Assembly (NCBI RefSeq): GCF_001194135.2
Contig: NC_069000.1
Location: 47,060,130-47,124,129, forward strand
Length of the DNA stretch: 64,000 nt
Source of the DNA: Octopus bimaculoides
Lineage: Eukaryota
Direction: 5' to 3'
Under the pieces are notes generated by a model. The model worked only from the letters and a program-made list of their open reading frames with translations. It was not told the DNA's origin and made no database searches. Every line of letters begins with the position of its first letter. The stretch's first letter is position 1. Of this stretch, positions 1 to 12,000 are shown one piece after another. Made by a program: the position numbers and the translations under genes.

Positions 1-603
1 ATCAATAATAATGATAATGATAATATCAATAATAATGCTAATAATAATAATAATAATATTAAGGACACTCAAGCTACATTTTATTATCTTAAAAAGAACG
101 CATTGAATAAGGTAGTCATAGATGAGGTGGTCATTAATGGAATGTCATTAATCATGGGGGGGGGGCTGCTCATCAAGAAACGACCTAGGGCTGAACAATC
201 ATGGTAATTTGAAAGTGAATATCCAACAACAATAACCCTGTCCTGAATAAGAGAGAAAGAGAGGCGTTGCCCCTCCTCTCTGCTTCAGCACAGCACTCTT
301 CATAAAACCAAAGTGTGGTCACACGATACTCGAAAGTGCAAAGAGTAGCAGGCCTGGTCTGTGTGTGTGTCACATTAGTTGAAGTAGGTGCCATTGTTTA
401 AGCAGGCAGGAAGGATGGAAGAGAAGGATCCTTGTTTGAGAGGAGTTCAACAATTTAGAGCCCAAGAAACATCAGCCGGAAGAATTGGAAGGAAGACAAC
501 TCCATTGTAGCAAGCCTTACACACACACACACACACACATATGAATGAGTGGATTTGGTAAACGGGTCGCAGTCTAATGATGGAAACCAATACATAATAT
601 AAG

Positions 604-660
<57 letters not shown>

Positions 661-820
661 AAGATTCAGATAGGATCAGGTATGTCTGTCATTATTCATT
701 TGATTGTGTGTGTGTATAGATAGGTAGATAGATAGATAGATAGACGGACAGATGTAAATATATATATTCACATGTAAGCATATATATATGTATATGAATA
801 TATATGTATATGTATGTATG

Positions 821-858
<38 letters not shown>

Positions 859-1294
859 CCTTGGAAATCTCCGTACATGAATGTTCCAGACAGGTGAAAC
901 AACTTATCCAGGTGAGATTGAGAATGATAGTTATGGACATTTCACAACTGCTATCATTCCTTTGTACCATTTACTCAATTCTGTCTGAGACACTCAGTGT
1001 TCTTTAATACCCAGTGGGCTGTAGGGAACTTTCCCATGATGCTATCCACAGCAAAGTGGCATATAAAACAAACAAAACACATATGCTATGTGTGTGTGTG
1101 TGTGTGTATACACACAGACACACACACACACACACATATGGTAATCACACCATAGCACCTTTTATCTCAAGTTTGTGGCAAACTAGGTCGACCATAACAA
1201 CAGAAATACCAAATTATTTTCAGCCCATTTAAAAAATTTTCATTCAAGAGTAAAAGTTACCAAATTGTGTGGTCTTTAACTCTATCTCTCTCAC

Positions 1295-1332
<38 letters not shown>

Positions 1333-1794
1333 TCACAAAACACACACACACACAAACATTAGACACACACATACAAACATGCAACCATGTACACACACAT
1401 ACACATACAAACACACATATATTAATAATCCAATATTTTTATTCATAAAACAACAATGCATTTCTTCATATACTTAGAATCCTCCCGTGACTTCTCAGAA
1501 ACCACTCATACACTAACCTCTCTGTTACCAAATTTCAACAAAAGACAAAGTTTAAAAAATTATTTTCTTTATTCAGTTTTTTTTTTCTCATCATATAAAA
1601 ATTATTGATTTCCAATAAAGGCACAGCATCATATAAGAAGATGTAATGTTGTGATACCCATGCCTTTCCTAAGGGGACAAAAAAATAATAAGGGATGGTG
1701 AAATGCCCAAATCCTGGCCATGAAGAGGACTGAATTATCAGAAACAATTGTAATAATAATAATAATAATAATAATAACAATAATATTAATAATA

Positions 1795-2002
1795 ATGGTT
1801 TCAAATACTGGCACAAGGACAGCAATTTTAGGGGAAGGGGTAAATCAATTACATCGACCCAGTATGCAACTGGTACTTATTTTATCAACCCTAGAAGGAT
1901 GAAAGGCAAAGTCAACTTCAGCAGAATTTGAACTCAGAATGTAAAGACAGACGAAATACCACTAAGCATTTTGCCCAGCATACTAACCATTCTGCCATCT
2001 TA

Positions 2003-2033
<31 letters not shown>

Positions 2034-2240
2034 TTTTCTACTCTAGGCACAAGGCCTGAAATGTTGGGGGATGGGTCTAGTTGATTAGATCGACCCCAGT
2101 ACGCAACTGAAACTTATTTTATCGACCCCAAAAGGATATAAGGCAAAGTCAACCTCAACGGAATTTGAACTCAGAATGTAAAGACAGACGAAATGCAGAT
2201 AAGTATTTTGCCCAGCATGCTAATGATTCCACCAGCTCAC
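1795..2240 (-). mobile_element. SINE family A, head-to-tail pair just downstream of the SLC5 stop
   Basis: Both copies carry the GACTTTGCCTTTCATCCTT..GGGTCGATAAAATAAGTACC-type central block (MetaSINE-like, from recall) and (ATT)n tails. Further copies at about 11410(+), 12840(+), 23680(-), 26969(+), 31925(-), 37988(-), 38845(-), 41005(-), 42388(-), 42647(-), 48518(-) and 48757(-). Confidence 0.8.
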
Positions 2241-2247
2241 CACCACC

Positions 2248-2292
<45 letters not shown>

Positions 2293-2425
2293 GATGGAGG
2301 TGGAAGTGATGTAGAAGGTGAGTGAAGGGGACAGCAAAGTTAGTACTGATGCAATGGTGGTGGTGGTGGTATTGGTAGTGGTAGTGGTGGTGCTGTCGTT
2401 TTTACGAAGGACTTCAAACCCTCAG

Positions 2426-2515
2426 TTATCTGTAGGCACGTGCTGCCATCTGTTGGTGAGAAGACATCGGTGTTGCATGGAACAGTTTGTTCTTGTTGGT
2501 TTCACTGTCATATTT
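2426..2515 (-). CDS. SLC5A8-like: SLC5 terminal exon 15 (KYDSETNKNKLFHATPMSSHQQMAARAYR*)
   Basis: Long pyrimidine tract ending TTTTATTTCAG, phase 0 matches exon 14, TAA at 2428-2426. The boundary is inferred; the 2701-3357 gap could hide another exon. Confidence 0.75.
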   Translation of the reverse strand, partial: KYDSETNKNKLFHATPMSSHQQMAARAYR

Positions 2516-2660
2516 CTGAAATAAAATTCAACAAAAGAAAGAAAAAGAAAAGAAAATAATTAGATTAAAAAGTAAATAAAATCAGTCAGTAATTTAGAGC
2601 ATACACTCACACATATTCACACCACACACACACACATACACACACACACACACACACACG

Positions 2661-2700
<40 letters not shown>

Positions 2701-3895
2701 NNNNNNNNNNNNNNNNNNNNNNNNNNNNNNNNNNNNNNNNNNNNNNNNNNNNNNNNNNNNNNNNNNNNNNNNNNNNNNNNNNNNNNNNNNNNNNNNNNNN
2801 NNNNNNNNNNNNNNNNNNNNNNNNNNNNNNNNNNNNNNNNNNNNNNNNNNNNNNNNNNNNNNNNNNNNNNNNNNNNNNNNNNNNNNNNNNNNNNNNNNNN
2901 NNNNNNNNNNNNNNNNNNNNNNNNNNNNNNNNNNNNNNNNNNNNNNNNNNNNNNNNNNNNNNNNNNNNNNNNNNNNNNNNNNNNNNNNNNNNNNNNNNNN
3001 NNNNNNNNNNNNNNNNNNNNNNNNNNNNNNNNNNNNNNNNNNNNNNNNNNNNNNNNNNNNNNNNNNNNNNNNNNNNNNNNNNNNNNNNNNNNNNNNNNNN
3101 NNNNNNNNNNNNNNNNNNNNNNNNNNNNNNNNNNNNNNNNNNNNNNNNNNNNNNNNNNNNNNNNNNNNNNNNNNNNNNNNNNNNNNNNNNNNNNNNNNNN
3201 NNNNNNNNNNNNNNNNNNNNNNNNNNNNNNNNNNNNNNNNNNNNNNNNNNNNNNNNNNNNNNNNNNNNNNNNNNNNNNNNNNNNNNNNNNNNNNNNNNNN
3301 NNNNNNNNNNNNNNNNNNNNNNNNNNNNNNNNNNNNNNNNNNNNNNNNNNNNNNNNNTATATATATATATTTATATATATATGTGTGTGTGTGTGTGATT
3401 ATGTATTTGTCCACATGTTTTTCCTCATTTCCAGACATATTCTGGTTTCAGGCTCCATATTCGGGTTATTTCTATCTACAGATCTTATATAACTTCCTTT
3501 TTGGCCGTTAGAGATACATTATCTGTTGGGACTAATGTGTCAATTAAAATGGATTTCTTTTCCTGTTGGTCTTTGATAACAATAACTAGTTGATAAGCAT
3601 TGTTCTTTCTGTTGGCATTTCATAATACTGGCATTGTGTGTGCGTGTGTGTACATGCAAGTATGAAACTTACCCCTTCATGCCTGACCCCAAAGTGCAGT
3701 GTTTTCCGAGTATGTTTTGGCAGGAATGGACAGAGTATATCAAAGATGGGACATATGAGACGAGGGTCCAGTTTTCTGGGATCAGAAGGACCTGGAATGG
3801 TGAGTGGATAAACAAAGAAAGTAACAAATAGGGGTCACATCTTATTACATCTAGAATTGAAAGTGTACATACATATATACCTACACACACATTTA

Positions 3896-3926
<31 letters not shown>

Positions 3927-5845
3927 NNNNNNNNNNNNNNNNNNNNNNNNNNNNNNNNNNNNNNNNNNNNNNNNNNNNNNNNNNNNNNNNNNNNNNNNNN
4001 NNNNNNNNNNNNNNNNNNNNNNNNNNNNNNNNNNNNNNNNNNNNNNNNNNNNNNNNNNNNNNNNNNNNNNNNNNNNNNNNNNNNNNNNNNNNNNNNNNNN
4101 NNNNNNNNNNNNNNNNNNNNNNNNNATATATATATATATATATAAACATTGATCGTAGAACAAACATCAAATTCGAGTTAATGACTTTATACATAACACC
4201 ATGCCTCCAAACATTTGATCTTATATAAATATTACCATGGCCTTTCAACATATAAAGAATGTATAAATAAAAATAACACAGAAGGTAAAAAATATAAAAG
4301 CAAATAAAAATACAGATATATCGAACGGCCTATCAAGAAGTTCTAAAAGTTCTAAAGCATGTCACATGACTAAAAATCTAAATAAAATAAAATATCAATC
4401 GACTAAAAAGATTTTTCTTACTCCCCTCAAACAAAAAAAGATATATGAAAAAAGTTCATTTCATAAAAACTATGGTAGGCGTAAAAGAGTTCCACATGTA
4501 TTTATGAATACTTAAGATCAATTCAAATATTTAAATTGTATTTGATCTGTAAAGCAGCAAAGAGGCATTTTCAGTATGGCGGACATGGAGAAAAATTCTC
4601 GCTTTAGGTGAAAGGTGTTAAAAACACCAAAATCCGTTCAGAGAACCCCCTATGGACTGGTGAATGCATTTCTACATTTTTAGCTGTCTTCAGTACCAGA
4701 CATCAAGTGAGGCAACACTAAACAGACACCACCGTAGACCCTACCACCACTTTTTTAACATTCACTCTATCTAAAACTACTACTACTTCTATTAATACAA
4801 AACTCCTTAACATCCAAACAATCTGTCTGACAATTCGTTGTTCTGTAAGTATATTGTAGCCATGTTGTACTTACCGGTAAGAAAACTGGTTGGTATGGCG
4901 ATTATGAAGACCACAAGGAACGCAGTGAAGTTGTACCAAAGGTAAGAGAGGCTGTACATGCCATTTAAACCAGAACTGGCAAAAAATGGAAAGAAAGCAC
5001 CAAGAATAATGTCTGTATGTCTTGCAGTATATCAGTACATTGTGTGTGTGTGTGTAGATAAATAGAAAGGTAATGAAATAAACATACAATAAAATAATAT
5101 ATATACAGACCGATCTACATCTTGAAAGACCAGCGTCATGTTTTGGTAACCTTGGAGATCAGAGAAGGTGAGTGTGTCTGAGGGGAGTAGAGTCTGGTTT
5201 GTCCAAGTTCTATTCCAATTACATCCATGGATATGGAATGGTGAATGTTCACGGGGCAGCTTACTGACATATTGTCCAACTGAGATCCAAGACATTAAAC
5301 CAATACTACAGAACAAACCAGCATAGGCACCCTGATTAAAAGGAAAAAAAGAAAATATCATACACCAGGCCACATGTGTACACTTACACACACAGACATA
5401 CCACATGGAGGAGTAAATGATGAGCTTCCAAATTCTACAGACCATTGACTGTGTGACACCAATAGACTACCCCACTTCTGCCGCATGGAACAGAAATGCA
5501 AAGGATTGTTGTCACTACTTCCTTCAAAGAGTAAACAGCCATAATTATAGAATAAAATGCAAAGCATAATATTTTGCATTCTTAGCATTTCAAAGGGAAA
5601 GGGAGAGGGAGAGAGAGGGGGAGAGGGAGAGAGAGGGGGAGAGAGAGAGAGGGAGGGGGAGAGATGTAATAAGACATGAAAGAGGGGGAGAAATATAGAG
5701 AAATCCAATAAAATTTACCCAATAGTTTGCCCATGGTACCAACATTCCAAGAGAATAAAGACCAAGGATTGGTGCACTGAGGGTTCCATAGAGTGACAGT
5801 GAGGCCTGCAACAGACGGAAAATATATTCTTAGTGATACATCAGA

Positions 5846-5876
<31 letters not shown>

Positions 5877-8800
5877 GATGTTGCTGTATAGAATAAAACC
5901 AGATTAAATATCTTTGCTAGAGCCTGTGCTGTGGTATAGTACAGTGCGCAGTGGTGTAGTGTAGTGTGTGGCAGCACAATGCAGTGCGGAATCATGTGGT
6001 GTAATACATTTTGCTATGGTAAATACTGCAGTATGGTACAATGCATTGTTGTGTGGTGTGAGGTTGTTGTTACTGTCATAGTGGTAGTATGGTTGTGTCA
6101 ACATATATTATGTAACATCAATTAATGCTAATTAAAAGCCAATTAAAATTAATTAGAACCAATTAAAGCTAATTAAAATGGATTAGTACTAATTTAAGTT
6201 AATTAAAATTAATTAGGGCTAATTAAAGCTGATTAAAACTAATTATAGTTAATCAAATCTAATCAAAATTAATTATGCTAATTAAAGCCAATTAAAATGA
6301 ATTAGAACTAATTAACACTAATTGAAATGAATTAGAGTTAATTAAAGATAATTAAGATTAATTAGGGCTAATTAAAATCAATTAAAACCAATTAATAATA
6401 ATGAACTAAAAATGTCTCAGTTAAGTCCCAAACACCTTGTAATGGCCACTCGGATCCTACTGATGTCTTCTGGGATGGTTTTTGTTGATCTGTGTGATGG
6501 CTACGATGGTTTATGTGGTGGACTATGCAACAGTGTCTATGTTAGTGATGGCTTGTGTGGTGGTTTTATATTGGGTGTATGATGGGGATGGTCTGTGATA
6601 CTTTATCTGATGGTGTTCCTTTGTGTGATGGTCTATCTACTAGTGTCTCTGTTAGCAATGGTCTGTGTGATGACAATGGTCTGTGTGATGACAATGGCCT
6701 GTGTGATGACAATGGCTTGTGCAATGACAATGATCTATGTGATGACAATGTCTGTGTGATGACAATGTCTGTGTGATGACAATAGTCTGTCTGATTGTAA
6801 TGTGTACTTGTCAGCAACAAAATTATCAAAAATATTCAATAGTATTAATTAAGACTGTGTTTTCTAATTGTTTGACGGAGGCAATACAAGATTTGACTGA
6901 CTTGTGACTTTATTGAATAATGAATAATGAGATTAAAGACTAATGGTTTAATGAACTCAGCTATTGTCTATATCATTTCCTTTTGTTACTCTAAAGGCAG
7001 CAGTACTTACCTGAAGTATACCACCCAGCTGGGACGCTCCATAGGTGACCACCAAGCAGAGGAGTCCAAGAAATACAGCTGAAACACAATATTTTATGAT
7101 TTATGATTAAGTTATCTCTTTTGAGGATGTGTATATTGAATTCAAATTTCATACAGCTATTTGTAAAAATAAGGGAGTTATTGAAAATTAAAACCCCCTC
7201 AGTGACTTTTGGGCCACACTGTATATATATATTCCAAAGACAATGTCGACTTTGTCTTATCTCTGCCAACTTACCAACTAGTCTCGTTGTCCGGGTTGCA
7301 GTTTTCTCAGAAGCATTTCTCAAACAAATTGGCCGAAGAAAGTCTTGTAAGATCACAGCTGACATTGAATTCATTCCCGTTGCAACGGAACTACAAGAAA
7401 AACAACATTTCAGTTAAATTCTTGAGAATAACAAATAATGAAGCAAGTGGCTAACTTACAAACTGTCTGGACACAGGTTCAACTCACAGACAAATGTTCC
7501 ACAGTTTCAGTTACCAGTGTTGCATATCCAAAGCAGTGAAGTCAATAGTTTTATTATCCATTAATGGATTCTTTCTGCTGTCAAACTATCAATCATTGGT
7601 CCTAGTTCAGTTACACACAATGAGGGGAAACCTATTTCCCCTATCAGGAAGCGAACTTCATTTGTCAGGCCACTCCTGAGGGCTTTTATAAGCCTCCAAA
7701 GTAAACCAATATTTGTTTAAGTCTATCTTCTGCCCATTTACGATCTTTCTACTCTACACTCCATTATAACTCTGCTACAACAACAACAACTGCTAACTTC
7801 ACAGCCTGAATATACATTACACACACACATGCATCTATCTATACAGACACATACTCATATTCACATGCATAAAATTAATACACATGAACTCGCATTTCCT
7901 CTACTTACTCACATTCACCTACACTCATATTCACACATCAAGAGTAATACGCACACACACACACACACACACACTCACAAACAAACAAACATACTCTGCA
8001 TATGTACAGTATGATTGCACGTGCGCGTGTGTGTGTCTGTGTTACTGTATGTGTATGTGTATGTGTATACATGTGAATATATATATACTGAAGACAAACT
8101 AAATAAATAAATAAAGTCAGTTAAGTACCAGTGGCAATCCCCCCGACCCCCACCCGCAAAGTGTTGCATGCCCTTGTTAAGAATGAAAGTTCAAAGAGAG
8201 GTGGGGAGAGGTACCTACAGAACTAGGGCCATACAGTGGATAATGGTTGACTGCGGGAGAGGAATTCAAATGATTAGTTCTAATAATTGTAGAATGTTAG
8301 TGTTTTGTGCAATTATTATGTCTGATACAGCAAAACAGAACCAGCATGTTACTATAGAAACAAATATGGGACAGTGAAACCCACTTAATTGACTCACCCG
8401 GTAGTTAATTGACTTTATTTATTCATTTATTTTTCACTTTGTCTCCAGTTCATTCCCTGCTATCCACAGTTCTAATCCTAGTGTAATATTAGGTTGTCCG
8501 CAAAGTTTGTGCCGATTTATAATAGCTTACTTTTCAACTTATGTTAGAACATGGTTGAGTCCATAAAATAGGATTAGACTACACCACCATTTAGAGCACA
8601 GTTTAAGCTATCTTTTCGTGGAAGAAGGTTTATGTTCCTATAACCTGTGTTAATTCTGTAACCCTTTAAAATGGAAGATAAGAAAGTTCATTGTCAGCAC
8701 TTGATGCTTTTCTTTTTCCTTAAAGGGAAAAATGCCTCACAAGCAACCAAAGAAATATGCGCAGTTTACGGTGGTGTTTCTTTATCCGAAAGAACTGTAC

Positions 8801-9010
8801 GGAAGTGGTTCGCAAGGTTCCGAGCTGGAGATTCTAGCCTTATTGATAAAGAGCAATAAGGCAGACCATCCACTACAGATGATGACCAAATCAAGGCATT
8901 GATTGAGAATAACCCACATTACACAACCCGAGAATTGGCAGAAAGCCTCAACCTATCAAAATCCGTCGTTCATGAGCACCTGGTAAAGCTTGGGTACACA
9001 AATCGCTACA

Positions 9011-9042
<32 letters not shown>

Positions 9043-12000
9043 CATTATATATTTATGTGAATATATGCCACCTACCTGAGTGTGCCACTAAAGATGGTAG
9101 CCAGGAACATCCCAGGAACCCCAGAGAAGTGTCCCAGGGTATCCATCACAAACAAGGGAAGTAACTGAAGATAAAAATAGAAACTATTAAAACAAATATA
9201 TAAACAATTCACTACACACACACACATATACACACATGTTATAGATATACAGATGTTTACAAGCATGGCTGTGGTAGGAAGTTTGCTTCCCAACCACATG
9301 GTCCCAGGTTCAGTCTCACTGTGTGGCACCTTGTGCAGGTGTCTTCTACTACAGTTTAGGCTAACCAAACATTTGTGAGTGGTAGACGAAAACTGAAAGA
9401 AGCCTGTCATATATATACATATACATATATATATATATATTTATATATATATATATATATAAGCAGTGATACCTCGCAGTACAAGTTTAATTTGTTCCGT
9501 GACTGAGCTTTTCTTACGATTTACTCATTTTACAAATCTATTTTCTCCATTGAAATTAACTAAAATATAATTAATCCTTTCCACCCCCACCCCCAAACCA
9601 CTCAAAAATGATTTTTTATGAGTTTTAAAACAGAAAAGGTGTAGTTACAAGTAAAATGACAATTATAAAAAAGAGACTGCAAAAGAAATATGTAAAGTGA
9701 TTTTATTAACTGAATTACCTTAAAGATGAGACGATTTGTGTGCTCGTACTGCAGATTTCCGCTCGTACTTCAAGACTAGTCTCAGCTCGTACAGCAAATT
9801 ACTCGTACAATGGGGCACTCATGCTGCGAGGTTCTGCTGTATGTGTGTTTGTGTGTGTGTGTGTGCAATGACAAATGATTCAATGATTAAGAATGAAGTA
9901 GTGTTTGTGTGATGTAATTCAGTAAAAGATAATGACTCACCTGGTCTGATGCATTGATTAATTTGGTTGATTTGGGGTCACAGGAACTGTAGAAGGCATA
10001 CATAACAATCCCTATCAAACCACAGAGGATGAGGATGAGTACAAGCCCCGGGAAATTCAACCAGATCGCTCTGGGAAGGGAAGAAAATAAGAGAAATTAG
10101 AAATACTTAGTACTATAAGACATTTCATTCAGTATTTGTGGGAATTCTTGTTCAGTGGCCACTCTTATTTCACTGATTGTTCAGTGGCCACCCTTATTTC
10201 ACTGATTGTTCAGTGGCCACCCTTATTTCACTGATTGTTACCTGTAAGCTCAATCATTTCCCATATCCCCATAAATACAAATCGGGGTGTAAGGGTGGAT
10301 GTGGAGGGTATTTCGCAGAACTTCTTCCTCCACTCCACCTTTTTGACCCTTACATTAGTAGTGTCGGAGTGCCCCATCTTGCTGGAAATAGACCCCATGT
10401 TGTCATTCGAAGTCCACTTTGCCACGGTCAGATGGTGTTTATGGAGGCAGATTTCTTGTGCATGCCTTTATTATCACCAACTCTCACTTGTTTCCAATGG
10501 TCAGACGTGACTTTGAAGAAGATTAAAGATCAAGGACACTGCTTGTGTGACAGTGACACTCGTTTCCAACTGTCACATGATGTCATGACAAGGAGACATA
10601 CACACACATATATATTTTGTGTGTGTGTGTGTGTGTGTATATAGGTATGATGGGCCAAACATATAAGCCATATATATATATATATATACGATGTGCTTTT
10701 TTTTAGTTTCCATCCACCAAATCCTGTCACAAGACTTTGGTCAGCTTGGGGCTGTAGTAGAAGAGACTTGCTCAAGGTGTAACACAGTGGGACAGAAATC
10801 ATGTGGTTAGGAAGCAAAGTTCTTAACCACAGAGTCACCTAAATAAATAAATGGGTAACTACAAGGCCCTAGCATGGCCATGAGCCTTGAGCTGAATGTA
10901 GTAAAAGAGTAAATAAATGTACTTACATTTGTGCTTTTCTGAGAGAAGGTAATGCAAATGACCTTTGAACTTGCGCCTGATTGGTTCCATAAATACCTGC
11001 CCACAATAAACTTCCACCAATCAAAAACGACCAAAATGTGTGGCGAACTCGTGGATCGAAACTGAAACTAAATCAGAGAAATATTTTTATGAATTGGGCT
11101 GTTGTTGTTAGTGATGGTGGTGATGATGATGATGGTGGTGGTGGAATGAGGGCGGGGTTGATAACCGATGCACATATCTTCCTTCACCCCACCCCCCTGA
11201 AACCCACAATCTCTCCCGCTAAATGTACAAACTAGAAAGACATAGAGAGTGGCCAGGGGTTTGTCCCGTCTAAGGTACAGATCATAAGGAGGCGATCAGG
11301 GTGTCAAAAGTAATAGAGAGGCAAAGGTGGACGTAGACAAATCCACAACCAAACAAATAAAGAGAGAGAGGACTGAAAATTGTACAATAATGGCTGTTTC
11401 TTTGAAGCAGTGAGCTGCCAGAAACGTTAGTACACCGAGAGAAATGCTTGGTGGTATTTCGTCTGTCTTTACGTTCTGGGTTCAAATTCAGCCAAGGTCG
11501 ACTTTACTTTTCACACAGCGGTTCCGTCTTTGGAACAAGTGGAATAATGGTTTATCTTTGGTGCTAGTCAAAGTCAATCCTGGTGGGATTTGAACTCAAA
11601 GCTATTGGTAAAATGGTTTTTAACATTGTCAAGCACGACTTGTATTTATTTTATTGACCATGGAGTGACACTGGTGAAGATTTGAACCTTGGACCACAGT
11701 TGATGCCTGTCTTGAAGAGAACAAATATCACACCTGAAGTGAGTCTGGCATTAGATTATGGACAAAGATTTGTAAGGGGACTGTATGATCTACTGCAGCC
11801 ATCCCTAACTGTTCTATAGACTCCTGGTGGAGGATGGGAAGTCCAAAAATTAAGTAATGGGGAGGGAGAGTCCTTGAGCCTGTGAATAAACAAGCATTTT
11901 AAGAGCTGAGGGTCTCCCCGTGCCAGCATGGGAAACAGATGTTAAACGACAATGAAAGATGGTCCTCGCTAGTGAAAAAACTGGAAACCATTCATCCATT

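Noticed and set aside
185-394. 69-aa ORF with a good Kozak context (MAPTST...)
   Set aside because: No recognisable domain, no donor, includes a CA repeat; could be UTR or intergenic.
3485-3627. Alternative SLC5 terminal exons (EKKSILIDT...* from 3562; YYEMPT...* from 3627)
   Set aside because: Poor pyrimidine tracts or a 45-nt intron; the acceptor at 2516 is far stronger and in phase.
10150-10239. CRISPR-like 29-bp partly palindromic repeats
   Set aside because: Directly tandem with no spacers, no cas genes, eukaryotic intron.
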